The translations under genes were made by a program, and so were the position numbers. The notes under the pieces were generated by a model. It did not search any database. It was given only the letters and a program-made list of their open reading frames with translations, and was not told the DNA's origin. Shown one piece after another: positions 32,381-42,376 of a stretch of 43,604 nt of DNA; position 1 is the stretch's first letter, and every line of letters begins with the position of its first letter. Source of the stretch: Methylophilaceae bacterium (GTDB taxonomy: Bacteria > Pseudomonadota > Gammaproteobacteria > Burkholderiales > Methylophilaceae); assembly GCA_043788445.1 (NCBI GenBank), contig JAYVTW010000079.1, forward strand, positions 1-43,604, in the 5' to 3' direction.

Positions 32381-33826
32381 CTAGTTACCTTCACTGTCTA
32401 TTCCAGTCATGGCGGCTAACGACATCGGACGCATGGGTTGCTTATCATGTCCAGGTCCACCATCAATGGGAAAATCACCTTCATGCACAACTGGACCTTT
32501 GCATACCAAGCGCAACACATACCCCACGCCAGCTCCAAACACGAACAAATAAACGACTATAAATAACGCTAGAGAAATAGCAAGTGTAGTGACATTATGA
32601 TGAGAAACCGCATCTGTCGTACGCATCACACCATAAACCACCCAAGGTTGACGTCCAATTTCAGTCGTCATCCAGCCCGCCAAAATAGCAACTAAACCTG
32701 CTGGCCCCATTAAAGTAGCCGCATATAAAAATAGGTGTGAGTGGTACATATTTTTATTAAGACGTAATATACCACTCCACAAGCCCAATCCTAACATCGC
32801 CATGCCTAAACCGACCATCACTCGAAATGTCCAAAAGATAATAGTGGCATTGGGTCTATCTTCGGGTGCAAAATCTTTTAAACCCTTAATTTGACCGTTC
32901 CAACTATGGGTCAGAATCAAACTGGAAATATGTGGGATTTCAAGCGCGTATCGATTTCTTTCAGTTTTCATATCTGGCAAGCCAAATAACACCAGTGGCA
33001 TGCCAGCACCTGCCTCACTATTCTCCCAGTGCCCTTCCATTGCCGCAACTTTAGCTGGTTGATGTTCTAGTGTATTTAGTCCATGCATATCACCCAGCAT
33101 AATTTGTAGAGGTGCAACCAATAATACCATCCACATCGACATAGAGAGCATAGTGCGAGTTGCCGAACTATCTCTTTTTCGTAACAACTGCCAAGCTGCT
33201 GAAGCACCAACGAATAGGGCCGTCGCTAAAAATGCTGCTGTTCCCATATGCATTAATCGATATGGAAAAGACGGATTAAAAATAATCGCAAACCAATCTG
33301 TGGGCACTAATATGCGATTGACCAAAGTATAACCCTGAGGCGTTTGCATCCAGCTATTGGAGGCTAGAATCCAAGTCATTGAAATGAGCGTACCGATGGC
33401 TACCATAACTGTGGCAAAGAAATGTAAGCCCGGCCCAACACGGTTCCAACCAAACATCATCACCCCTAAAAAGCCTGCCTCTAAAAAGAATGCTGTGAGC
33501 ACTTCATAAGCGAGTAACGGACCAGTAATACCGCCAGCAAAGGTTGAAAAGCCTCCCCAGTTGGTACCAAACTCATATGACATCACCAGCCCTGATACCA
33601 CGCCCATACCAAAAGTGACACCAAAAACTTTCAGCCAAAAATGATATAAATCTTTGTAAACTTGCTGATGAGTTTTTAGCCAAAAGCCTTCTAAAACGGC
33701 AAGATAACTCGCAAGACCGATACTAATGCTTGGAAATATGATATGAAATGCGATAGTGAAGCCAAACTGTGCACGGGCTAATTCCAATGCGGTAAAACCT
33801 AAAATGGTTGAATCTGGTAACGACAT
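32381..33826 (-). CDS. cydA: cytochrome bd-type quinol oxidase subunit I (short Q-loop, CIO-like by length)
   Basis: Conserved GWMTTEIGRQPW and the N-terminal RAQFGFTIAFH. At 481 aa it is shorter than the about 520 aa of long Q-loop CydA. GAGGAG RBS upstream. Confidence 0.95.
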   Translation of the reverse strand: MSLPDSTILGFTALELARAQFGFTIAFHIIFPSISIGLASYLAVLEGFWLKTHQQVYKDLYHFWLKVFGVTFGMGVVSGLVMSYEFGTNWGGFSTFAGGITGPLLAYEVLTAFFLEAGFLGVMMFGWNRVGPGLHFFATVMVAIGTLISMTWILASNSWMQTPQGYTLVNRILVPTDWFAIIFNPSFPYRLMHMGTAAFLATALFVGASAAWQLLRKRDSSATRTMLSMSMWMVLLVAPLQIMLGDMHGLNTLEHQPAKVAAMEGHWENSEAGAGMPLVLFGLPDMKTERNRYALEIPHISSLILTHSWNGQIKGLKDFAPEDRPNATIIFWTFRVMVGLGMAMLGLGLWSGILRLNKNMYHSHLFLYAATLMGPAGLVAILAGWMTTEIGRQPWVVYGVMRTTDAVSHHNVTTLAISLALFIVVYLFVFGAGVGYVLRLVCKGPVVHEGDFPIDGGPGHDKQPMRPMSLAAMTGIDSEGN

Positions 33827-33854
33827 GCTATTTACAGCTCCTCATTATTGGGAG

Positions 33855-33873
33855 AATACTCACATTGAGTATT
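33855..33873. promoter_or_regulatory. perfect 8-3-8 palindrome in the cydA / DUF808 divergent intergenic region
   Basis: AATACTCA-cat-TGAGTATT lies 29-47 nt upstream of the cydA ATG, just beyond its RBS. Confidence 0.35.
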
Positions 33874-33976
33874 GAACAATTCATTTATACTATTTCTGAG
33901 ATATTTGATTGGTTAGCTAGTTCCAAATTTTCACTATTTTTTTCTAAATCCTAAAGCTAATACTAAGGGCTTAAGC

Positions 33977-34918
33977 ATGGCCAGCAGTTTTTTTGCACTA
34001 TTTGATGATATCGCAACTATATTACACGATGTCGCCGCTATGACTAAAGTAGCTGCAACTAAAACGGCAGGTGTATTAGGCGACGACCTCGCACTAAACG
34101 CGCAGCAAACGCATGGGGTTAGAGCAGAACGTGAATTACTCGTAGTGTGGGCAGTAGCAAAAGGCTCATTCAAAAACAAACTTATTTTAGTACCATCCGC
34201 TTTAATTATCAGTTGTTTTGCTAACTGGGCAATTATTCCATTGCTGATGGTAGGTGGCGCTTATTTATGTTTTGAGGGTTTCGAGAAGCTCGCCCATCAT
34301 CTTCTACATTCAGCAAAAAAAGATAAAACACAAGAAAAAGAATTGTTTGAAGTCGTCAATAGCCCAGAAGTAGATATGGTGGCTTTTGAGAAAGATAAAA
34401 TCCATGGCGCAGTTCGTACCGACTTTATTTTATCTGCAGAAATTATTGTCATTGCATTAGGCAGCGTAGCAAACGCTACATTTATACAGCAAATCATAGT
34501 AGTTAGTGGGATAGCTGTGATGATGACCATTGGCGTATACGGAGTTGTAGCGGGAATCGTTAAATTAGATGATGCAGGTTTGCATTATATGCAAAAAACT
34601 GGGGAAAGTTTTCTTAGGCAATTACAGCGGTATGTAGGCATGAAATTACTAGCTACTACGCCTTTTTTGATGCGAGCACTATCAATTATCGGCACCGTAG
34701 CCATGTTTATGGTCGGTGGTGGCATATTGGCACATGGTATAGATTTTTTAGGTCACAATATTGAGTATGTCACCGAAGTTACTCAAAAATTACCTGTAGT
34801 TGGTAGTATGTTAGCCAAATTTCTTCCAATGTTAATCAATGTCTTAGTTGGGATTTTAGCGGGTGCTATTGTCTTAACAATCGTTGAAAGCACTAAAAAG
34901 ATTAAATCTAAATATTGA
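33977..34918 (+). CDS. DUF808 (YedI-like) inner-membrane protein
   Basis: N-terminus FFALFDDIATILHDVAAMTKVAATKTAGVLGDDLALNA is typical of DUF808. Multiple TM segments. Confidence 0.85.
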   Translation: MASSFFALFDDIATILHDVAAMTKVAATKTAGVLGDDLALNAQQTHGVRAERELLVVWAVAKGSFKNKLILVPSALIISCFANWAIIPLLMVGGAYLCFEGFEKLAHHLLHSAKKDKTQEKELFEVVNSPEVDMVAFEKDKIHGAVRTDFILSAEIIVIALGSVANATFIQQIIVVSGIAVMMTIGVYGVVAGIVKLDDAGLHYMQKTGESFLRQLQRYVGMKLLATTPFLMRALSIIGTVAMFMVGGGILAHGIDFLGHNIEYVTEVTQKLPVVGSMLAKFLPMLINVLVGILAGAIVLTIVESTKKIKSKY

Positions 34919-34942
34919 CGAACATGTACGCTTAAATCTGAC

Positions 34943-35594
34943 TTAATCCTCTTCAGAGAAACGCTGCTCTTCAAACGGAAAAGCATCGTTGTGGTAAGCC
35001 TGTACTTCCCAAAAGCCAGGGCGATCAAACTCATGCAACTCAATCGACTTTAACCATTTAGCACCTTTCCAGGCGTGGCGCTTAGGCACTACAATGCGCG
35101 CAGGGCCGCCATGTTCTGACGTTAAAGACTTACTCCATACGCTATGCGCAATAATTACATCGTCGTCCAACAAAGCCTCAAGTGGCAAGTTGGTGGTGTA
35201 GCCATCATAACCATGCAAGGTTACAAACTTAGCTTCTGGCAGTGGCGCTGCGTGCATCAATAATTCCCTTGCAGCTACACCTTGCCAATCCATATCAAGT
35301 TATGACTAGCGCGTTACAAAAGGAAATCTGAGGTATCGTTGATTTGCGTTAAATTACGAAAAGTAATCCAATCTAAATTAATTTCATTTTTAACCAATCC
35401 ATACACATGCAGCTTACAGTTTGCAGTGTTGACGTTAGGGCGCACACCAAGGTCTAAAATAGGAAAGTTTGATACACGTTTTTGCACGGCAGGCGCACGA
35501 AAACTTCGCTAGGTCTACTTGGTTGATTACCAGATGCTTTAGCTTTTAAAGCCAAGGCGATTTTACCCTCGATGAGTTTTTTCCAATCTGGCAT
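34943..35594 (-). pseudogene. decayed sulfite-oxidase-like molybdopterin-binding oxidoreductase
   Basis: ATG at 35592-35594 with an AAGGAG RBS. The reading MPDWKKLIEG... shifts frame near 35495-35510 to ..KRVSNFPILDLGVRPNV..KLHVYGLVKNEINLDWITFRNLTQINDTSDF. The expected HCVTRWS segment then reads ..VTR(TAG)S(TAA)LD (stops at 35306-35308 and 35300-35302) and continues into the intact 116-aa tail ..HGGPARIVVPKRHAWKGAKWLKSIEL... Confidence 0.75.
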
Positions 35595-35701
35595 GCTAAC
35601 TCCTTAGCTTTAAGTCGGTTTAGAGTCTTCAGCAACTACAATATTAAATTATCTAACTTCTATCTTGATGCTTGTAAGCCAAGACTTAAAATAGCAGTTG
35701 A

Positions 35702-36196
35702 TTATACTTGCGGCTTTTTTAAACTATCTAACAATAAAATAGCAACACCTACACAAATCGCGCTATCTGCCACATTAAATGCAGGCCAGTAAAAAGTTTG
35801 ATAATGAAAGTACAAAAAATCGATTACATAACCAAGCGTGATGCGATCATACAAATTGCCCAGCGCACCACCTAATACTAGTGCTAAACCTAGACAAAAA
35901 AGTTTCTGTCCGTCGCTATTTTTAGCAGCATTTTTATATAATAAATAAATGATAACTACGGAAGAAAACAGGGCAATGCCGGTAAAAAAGTATTTTTGCC
36001 AACCTCCTGCAGTGGCTAAAAAACTAAAAGCCGCGCCTTCATTGTGGTAACGCACCCAATCAAAAAAACTGGTGACAGTTAAATGTTCGCCATACTGAAG
36101 AGACTGCTGTACCACATGTTTCGTAAACAAATCAATCACGATAACAAAAGCACTCAAACCAAGCCATTTCAGCATACTGTTTAACTGACTACTCAT
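35702..36196 (-). CDS. lspA: lipoprotein signal peptidase II
   Basis: Four TM segments and the catalytic-Asp motifs GNLYDR and FNVADSAI. The start overlaps the ileS stop (TAATG). Confidence 0.93.
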   Translation of the reverse strand: MSSQLNSMLKWLGLSAFVIVIDLFTKHVVQQSLQYGEHLTVTSFFDWVRYHNEGAAFSFLATAGGWQKYFFTGIALFSSVVIIYLLYKNAAKNSDGQKLFCLGLALVLGGALGNLYDRITLGYVIDFLYFHYQTFYWPAFNVADSAICVGVAILLLDSLKKPQV

Positions 36197-39156
36197 TACG
36201 CATACTTCCTAGGCTCACCCTTAGCAAATAAATTACTTACACAACGCCCACAAATAGTTGAGTGCTCATCATTTGCGCCAACATCTGCGCGATAATGCCA
36301 ACAACGTTGACATTTTTTGTATGTACTTGGCTTTACGAATATTTGTTGCTCTGCCGCAGTATCAACCTTTACCAGTTTAGCTTCTGAAGTAATCATCACA
36401 AAACGCAAATCATCATCCAAACTTGCCAATACATCATACGTTTTATCTGCTGCATTAAAGGTTAATTCGGCTTGTAATGACGAGCCTATAAGACTAGAGG
36501 CACGCAACACCTCAATTTCCTTTGCGGCATCTGCGCGTACTTGACGGATTACTTCCCATTTAGATTTCAATGATGCGTCATATTCTGCATATTGTGTTGC
36601 CGTAATCACATCATCCGCATTAGTCCAATCGTGCAGTACCACATAATCAGTAGGCTCTTTATTTAATGCATTTGGATTTAATACATCTGTCGTTAATGTT
36701 TGCCAAATTTCTTCAGCAGTAAAGCTTAAAATTGGTGCTATCAAACCCGCCAACACTTGTGTTATTTTTAACAACACTGTTTGTGCAGCACGACGGTCAT
36801 GCGAACCTTCCGCATTGGTGTACATACGGTCTTTTAGTATATCTAAATAAAATGCACCTAAATCTTCTGCACAAAAGTGTAACAAGGCCTGAGCTACTTT
36901 ATGCAACTCATAAGTATCGTATGCCGCTCTGCATTCAGCTGACAACTCATACAATACACCTAAGGCGTAACGGTCAATTTCCAATAGATTTTCATACGGG
37001 ACTGTTTGCGTGGCGGCATCAAAATCGGCCACGTTAGCGAGTAAAAACTTCATGGTATTGCGTATTTTTCGGTAACTATCAGCAACTCGCTTTAATATCT
37101 CATCTGAAATCGTCAGTTCACCAGAATAATCGGTGTTCGCGACCCAAAGTCTTAAAATATCTGCACCGTAAGTATCCATTACCTTTTGCGGTGCGACTAC
37201 ATTACCTTTGGATTTACTCATTTTATGACCTGAGCCATCTACTACAAAGCCATGTGTCAATAAGGCATCGTAAGGAGCCCGCCCATTAATAGCGCAACTT
37301 GTGAGCAAACTAGACTGAAACCAGCCACGATGTTGGTCAGAGCCTTCCAGATATAAATCTGCCAAATTGCCCGTTTCATTGAAAGGCCTAGCGAATTCCG
37401 TGCGGCGCTTTAACACGGCCGCATGCGTAGTGCCAGAATCAAACCAAACATCTAGAGTATCCATTAATTTTTTGTATTGAGCACCTCTCTCTGGCGAATG
37501 CTCAGCCAAAAACGCATCACCATCTAAGCTAAACCAAGCTTCTACCCCTTTCTTCTCCACTAATAGTGCAACTTTTTCCAATAATACTAAAGAATCAGGG
37601 TGCGGATCGCCGGTCTCCTTATGCACGAACAAGCCCATCGGTACACCCCAATTACGCTGTCGCGACACACACCAATCAGGGCGATTTTTAATCATCGCCT
37701 CTAAACGCGCGCGACCCCAATCAGGGAAGAAGATTGTACTATCTACTGCTTTATTTGCTAATTCCCTTAGAGGGCTAGGCTCTTCTAAATGGGAATGGGC
37801 TTCTTGAGAAAAATGGTAGTTCCGATTCATTCCAATAAACCACTGATGTGTAGCCAATTGCATGAGTGGCGTTTTATGGCGCCAGCAATGGGGGAAACTA
37901 TGATTTAATCTGGAAATTGCCAGCAAAGCACCGTTTTCCTGCATCAAAGCTAGAATCACTTTATTGGCCTCTTGCCTGTTTAGGCCGCGAATCGCTTCCA
38001 GCTCTACCAATTCACTATTGAAGAACCGACCATCGCCACCAATTAATACACGTGGCTTTTCATTTGGAAAATTATTGCGCATCACCAACCAGTCATCGTT
38101 ACCATGCGCTGCCGCAGTATGTACTAAACCAGTACCTGCTTCGGTTGTGACATGGTCACCAGTAATAATAGGTACTTGGCGATTATCAAATGGATGTCGA
38201 AGTTGCAAACCTTTTAATTCGATACCTTTTACTAAACCAATAACGTCGTGTGGACCAGAATTTAATCCATACTTTCTCATCAACTCTAATGCAGTATCAA
38301 TATTTTCGCCTCGAATATATTCGGAACGCATTAAGATATCATTAGATAAGATTAGTGAACCACGCTCAGTTTTGATCAGGGCATAATCTAATTCAGCATT
38401 AACCGATACCGCTTGGTTAGCAGGCAGTGTCCATGGTGTAGTTGTCCAAATTACTGCATAAGCATCACTTTTCACTTCGACACCGAATGCTTTACTCAAG
38501 GCAGCGTTATCCACTACCTTAAAACCCACATCAATTGCGGGGGAGTTCACATCTTCATATTCAACTTCTGCTTCTGCTAAGGCAGAGCCACAATCTACGC
38601 ACCAATGCACCGGCTTGCTGCCTTGATACAAATAACCTTTTTCTTTAATCACCCCTAAAGCACGCATAATATCGGCTTCGGTTTTGAAATCCATTGTCAG
38701 ATAAGGATTGTCCCAATCGCCCAACACACCCAAACGAATAAAATCTTTCTTTTGCTTTTCTACTTGCTCAGCCGCATAAGCACGGCATAGCTCACGAAAC
38801 TTTGCTGGGGCTATGTTCTTGCCATGATTCTTTTCTACTACTAATTCAATAGGTAAGCCGTGGCAATCCCAACCAGGTATATAAGGCGCATCAAAACCAC
38901 CCATGGTTTTTGATTTAACAATGATATCTTTCAGAATTTTATTTACCGCGTGGCCAATGTGAATATCCCCATTCGCGTAAGGTGGGCCGTCATGCAGGAT
39001 GAATTTTTTAGCACCTTTGCGCGCTGCACGGATTTTATGATACAACTTTTTATCCTGCCATTGTTTTAACCAAACAGGCTCGCGCTTGGCTAAATCACCA
39101 CGCATAGGGAAAGCCGTTTCAGGCAGGTTTAATTTGTATTTATTATCTTCACTCAT
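36196..39156 (-). CDS. ileS: isoleucine--tRNA ligase
   Basis: Motifs [10 protein letters not shown] (HIGH) and KMSKSKGN. C-terminal zinc-binding CQRCWHY...CGRCVSN. The start [22 protein letters not shown] aligns with E. coli [21 protein letters not shown]. Confidence 0.96.
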   Translation of the reverse strand: MSEDNKYKLNLPETAFPMRGDLAKREPVWLKQWQDKKLYHKIRAARKGAKKFILHDGPPYANGDIHIGHAVNKILKDIIVKSKTMGGFDAPYIPGWDCHGLPIELVVEKNHGKNIAPAKFRELCRAYAAEQVEKQKKDFIRLGVLGDWDNPYLTMDFKTEADIMRALGVIKEKGYLYQGSKPVHWCVDCGSALAEAEVEYEDVNSPAIDVGFKVVDNAALSKAFGVEVKSDAYAVIWTTTPWTLPANQAVSVNAELDYALIKTERGSLILSNDILMRSEYIRGENIDTALELMRKYGLNSGPHDVIGLVKGIELKGLQLRHPFDNRQVPIITGDHVTTEAGTGLVHTAAAHGNDDWLVMRNNFPNEKPRVLIGGDGRFFNSELVELEAIRGLNRQEANKVILALMQENGALLAISRLNHSFPHCWRHKTPLMQLATHQWFIGMNRNYHFSQEAHSHLEEPSPLRELANKAVDSTIFFPDWGRARLEAMIKNRPDWCVSRQRNWGVPMGLFVHKETGDPHPDSLVLLEKVALLVEKKGVEAWFSLDGDAFLAEHSPERGAQYKKLMDTLDVWFDSGTTHAAVLKRRTEFARPFNETGNLADLYLEGSDQHRGWFQSSLLTSCAINGRAPYDALLTHGFVVDGSGHKMSKSKGNVVAPQKVMDTYGADILRLWVANTDYSGELTISDEILKRVADSYRKIRNTMKFLLANVADFDAATQTVPYENLLEIDRYALGVLYELSAECRAAYDTYELHKVAQALLHFCAEDLGAFYLDILKDRMYTNAEGSHDRRAAQTVLLKITQVLAGLIAPILSFTAEEIWQTLTTDVLNPNALNKEPTDYVVLHDWTNADDVITATQYAEYDASLKSKWEVIRQVRADAAKEIEVLRASSLIGSSLQAELTFNAADKTYDVLASLDDDLRFVMITSEAKLVKVDTAAEQQIFVKPSTYKKCQRCWHYRADVGANDEHSTICGRCVSNLFAKGEPRKYA

Positions 39157-39211
39157 AGATTTCAACTAGTAGATTTCACTTATAAATTACACTCACAGCA
39201 CTACCAAAAGG

Positions 39212-40186
39212 TTAGCCAAATTCAAGATTACCAAAATAGATTTTAGCTTGCTCTACATCATGACCAATTTGCGCTTTTAGCGCATCCAAACCATCAAATT
39301 TCATTTCATCACGTAACTTATGTAAAAATTGTACCTGCACATGCTGACCATATATATCACCTGTAAAATTAAGCGCATGTACTTCTAATAACAATTTAGG
39401 TATGCCAGCTACAGTGGGCCTTACACCTAAATTAGCTACGCTATTTATAATACAAGTATCACCAGCAGGCAAAAAATCTAATTGATTAGCCATAAATTGC
39501 GCACTTGAATTTCTAAAGCGCAATTTTACGGCATAAACGCCGTTTAGCGCAGGGCGCTCATGTCGCATGTGAATATTTGCGGTAGGAAACCCTAATTGAC
39601 GGCCGCGCTTTGCGCCATGAACGACTTTACCACTAATGCTATAAGCACGGCCAAGCAACGATTTAGCTATTGTTAGGTTACCTTGGGCTAAAGCTTTTCG
39701 CACTCTTGTGCTAGAAACTCGCTGGCCATCAAGGTCAACCTGTGGCTGTTTGATTAAATCAAAACCCGCCGCTGTCATATCAGCTAAGGTACCAGCACGA
39801 TTTGCACCGAAACGAAAATCGTCACCCACTAAAATAGACTTAACGTTTAACGATTTAGTCAAGATTTTATGCATGAAATCTTGTGCTGATATTTGTGCAA
39901 AACGCGCATTAAATGAGCAAACAAACACTTTATTTATACCCGCAGCATCAAAAAGCTCAAGCTTTTCACGCAAAGTGGTGAGCCGTGTTGGCGCATCTTG
40001 TGGGCTAAAAAACTCACGTGGATGAGGTTCAAAGGTCATTACTGCAGATGTTAAATATTTTTGCAGTGCGACTTGTACTAAGTCTACAAGCAATGCTTGA
40101 TGTCCTAAATGAACGCCATCATAATTGCCTATAGCTAGTGCGATTGGCGGGCAGGGATGATTGGGTAAATGACGAAAAACTTGCAT
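39212..40186 (-). CDS. ribF: bifunctional riboflavin kinase / FMN adenylyltransferase
   Basis: Motifs GNYDGVHLGHQ and GFPTANI. About 324 aa. ribF-ileS-lspA order. Confidence 0.95.
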   Translation of the reverse strand: MQVFRHLPNHPCPPIALAIGNYDGVHLGHQALLVDLVQVALQKYLTSAVMTFEPHPREFFSPQDAPTRLTTLREKLELFDAAGINKVFVCSFNARFAQISAQDFMHKILTKSLNVKSILVGDDFRFGANRAGTLADMTAAGFDLIKQPQVDLDGQRVSSTRVRKALAQGNLTIAKSLLGRAYSISGKVVHGAKRGRQLGFPTANIHMRHERPALNGVYAVKLRFRNSSAQFMANQLDFLPAGDTCIINSVANLGVRPTVAGIPKLLLEVHALNFTGDIYGQHVQVQFLHKLRDEMKFDGLDALKAQIGHDVEQAKIYFGNLEFG

Positions 40187-40199
40187 GATTTGTCAATAA

Positions 40200-41756
40200 C
40201 TAAACAATGGTACGGTGCATAAAATCTTTAACGCGTATACCCATCAACCATAATGTTGCGAAATATACGCCTGAACCTAATACCAACAAACCCACCAAAT
40301 GCAGCATTTTAGGCAGCAATTTATAGCTAAGCCATAATGAGTCACTACCAGCTGCAAAGTGTAAAGATATTGCCATGACAATAACAGCAGTAACAAGCTT
40401 TACCATAAACACAATCCAGCCTGATTGAGGTTTATAAATATCTACCCTACGTAAATGGTAGTACAACAAACCTGCATTAACACAAGCACCTAGACCAATT
40501 GAAAGTGCCAGACCTGCATGGTTTAAATGAAAAAATTTCACAAAAAGCAAGTTCATTAACTGCGTTGCTGCTAATGTAAAAATCGCAATTTTAACAGGAG
40601 TTTTGATGTTTTGCCGTGAGTAAAAAGCGGGGGCTAACACTTTTACTAATATCAACCCCAGTAAACCTAGGCTGTAGGCGATCAATGCGAGCCTAGTCAT
40701 CTCTACATCATGCGCAGTAAATGCGCCATATTTAAATAGCCCTGCCACCAACGGCGTTGACAGCACTGCTAGCGCGACTGCTGCTGGCAGAGCTAAAATA
40801 AAAGTCAGGCGCAAACCCCAGTCCAGTAATTTTGAGTATTCGTTATTATTTTTATCAGCTACGCTTTTAGATAAACTAGGCAATAATATGGTACCCAACG
40901 CAACGCCTAGTACGCCAGTGGGAAATTCCATCAATCTATCAGCATAATAAAGCCAAGAAACACTGCCGCTAACAAGAAAGGAAGCGAAAATCGTGTTAAT
41001 TAGCAATGATATCTGTGCAATTGATACACCAAACACTGCGGGGCCCATCAATTTTAAAATCCGCCATACTCCCTCATCGTGCAGATTCCAGCTAATACGG
41101 GGTACCAAACCGATTTTAAGCAAATAAGGTATCTGATAAAGCATTTGCAATATTCCACCAACAAATACTGCCCAGGCTAACACTTTGACTGAACTGCCAG
41201 TTGAATCAGCAAAATATGGCGCAACAAACAATACCCCAACAATAAATGCTACATTTAACCAAACTGGCGTAAATGCAGGCACAGAAAAGTTTCCATAGGT
41301 GTTCAATACACCACCCGCCAATGAAACCAATGAAATAAAGAAAATATAAGGGAAAGTGATGCGCAATAACTGGACAGTTAAATCAAATTTTGCCATATCT
41401 TCGGCAAAGCCTGGCGCACTTACTTGCACCACCCATGGAGCGGCTAACATACCAACAATCGTCACAATCACCAGAAATAGGCCAAGTAAGGTAGCTACAT
41501 GGTTTATTAATGCATGGCTTTCATCATGTGTCCGTTGTTTTTTATACTCCGCTAAAATCGGTACAAACGCCTGTGAAAAAGCACCTTCGGCCGAGATACG
41601 TCGTAACAGATTGGGAATTTTAAATGCAACAAAGAATGCGTCAGTTGCCATACTTGCGCCAAATACGCGAGCAATTAGCGTATCCCGCACGAACCCCAAA
41701 ATACGAGAGGCAAACGTCATGCTGCCCACAGTGGCTAAAGCTTTGAGTAAATTCAT
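40200..41756 (-). CDS. murJ: lipid II flippase MurJ
   Basis: N-terminus [15 protein letters not shown]. 518 aa polytopic protein. Divergent from rpsT as in many proteobacteria. Confidence 0.93.
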   Translation of the reverse strand: MNLLKALATVGSMTFASRILGFVRDTLIARVFGASMATDAFFVAFKIPNLLRRISAEGAFSQAFVPILAEYKKQRTHDESHALINHVATLLGLFLVIVTIVGMLAAPWVVQVSAPGFAEDMAKFDLTVQLLRITFPYIFFISLVSLAGGVLNTYGNFSVPAFTPVWLNVAFIVGVLFVAPYFADSTGSSVKVLAWAVFVGGILQMLYQIPYLLKIGLVPRISWNLHDEGVWRILKLMGPAVFGVSIAQISLLINTIFASFLVSGSVSWLYYADRLMEFPTGVLGVALGTILLPSLSKSVADKNNNEYSKLLDWGLRLTFILALPAAVALAVLSTPLVAGLFKYGAFTAHDVEMTRLALIAYSLGLLGLILVKVLAPAFYSRQNIKTPVKIAIFTLAATQLMNLLFVKFFHLNHAGLALSIGLGACVNAGLLYYHLRRVDIYKPQSGWIVFMVKLVTAVIVMAISLHFAAGSDSLWLSYKLLPKMLHLVGLLVLGSGVYFATLWLMGIRVKDFMHRTIV

Positions 41757-41953
41757 GCGATAATGAGTTGATTGAAATGTTGCATGCAGGATTTGCAGTT
41801 TTAAAACAATATTTTACCACGACAGCATCACCAATACTCATCGCGAATGAGGCAACGTGAAGTTTACGATTACAACCAAAATGGTTTTAAACCCTTGGTT
41901 TTAATTAAAAATCAGATATTATCGTCTAAATCAAGCCTAATTCCTATTAGGAC

Positions 41954-41982
41954 TTGCCAAACAAGAAGAAAAACTCTATCAT
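41954..41982 (+). promoter_or_regulatory. candidate sigma-70 promoter of rpsT
   Basis: TTGCCA-17 nt-TATCAT. The -10 element ends 42 nt upstream of the rpsT ATG. Confidence 0.45.
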
Positions 41983-42024
41983 GCACGGCTTCGTATTAAT
42001 GCAGTCAAAGTTTAGGAAAAAAAC

Positions 42025-42288
42025 ATGGCAAATACCGCACAAGCTCGCAAACGCGCTCGTCAATCAGTTAAAGTGAATGCACACAACTCTGCTTTACGTT
42101 CTACATTGCGCACAGCAATAAAAAAAGTGATTAAAGCTGTAGAAGCTGGCGATAAAGCAGCAGCAGCAGCCTCCTATATTGCAAATGTAAGCATTATTGA
42201 CCGCATTGCTGATAAAAAAATCATTCATAAAAACAAAGCAGCACGTCATAAAAGCCGTTTAAATGCTGCAATTAAAGCGATGAAATAA
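42025..42288 (+). CDS. rpsT: 30S ribosomal protein S20
   Basis: [14 protein letters not shown]. 87 aa and highly basic. Confidence 0.96.
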   Translation: MANTAQARKRARQSVKVNAHNSALRSTLRTAIKKVIKAVEAGDKAAAAASYIANVSIIDRIADKKIIHKNKAARHKSRLNAAIKAMK

Positions 42289-42337
42289 TAAAACACTCGC
42301 ATTAGCTACATTAATAATCTAGCTAGCGAAACAAAAA

Positions 42338-42364
42338 AGTCGAATTAAGTTCCGGCTTTTTTTT
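42338..42364. terminator. candidate bidirectional rho-independent terminator between the convergent rpsT and purK genes
   Basis: An imperfect hairpin AGUCGAA..UUCCGGCU (one bulge, one G-U pair) is flanked by an A-run on the left and T8 on the right. A U-tract therefore follows the hairpin on either strand. Confidence 0.5.
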
Positions 42365-42376
42365 CGTCTTTAATAA

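Noticed and set aside
36196-39156. IleS is roughly 50 aa longer than E. coli IleS, so it was checked for an inserted domain or intein.
   Set aside because: The extra length is spread over several short loop expansions in the editing and connective regions plus the C-terminal part. No contiguous foreign block or intein motifs were seen.
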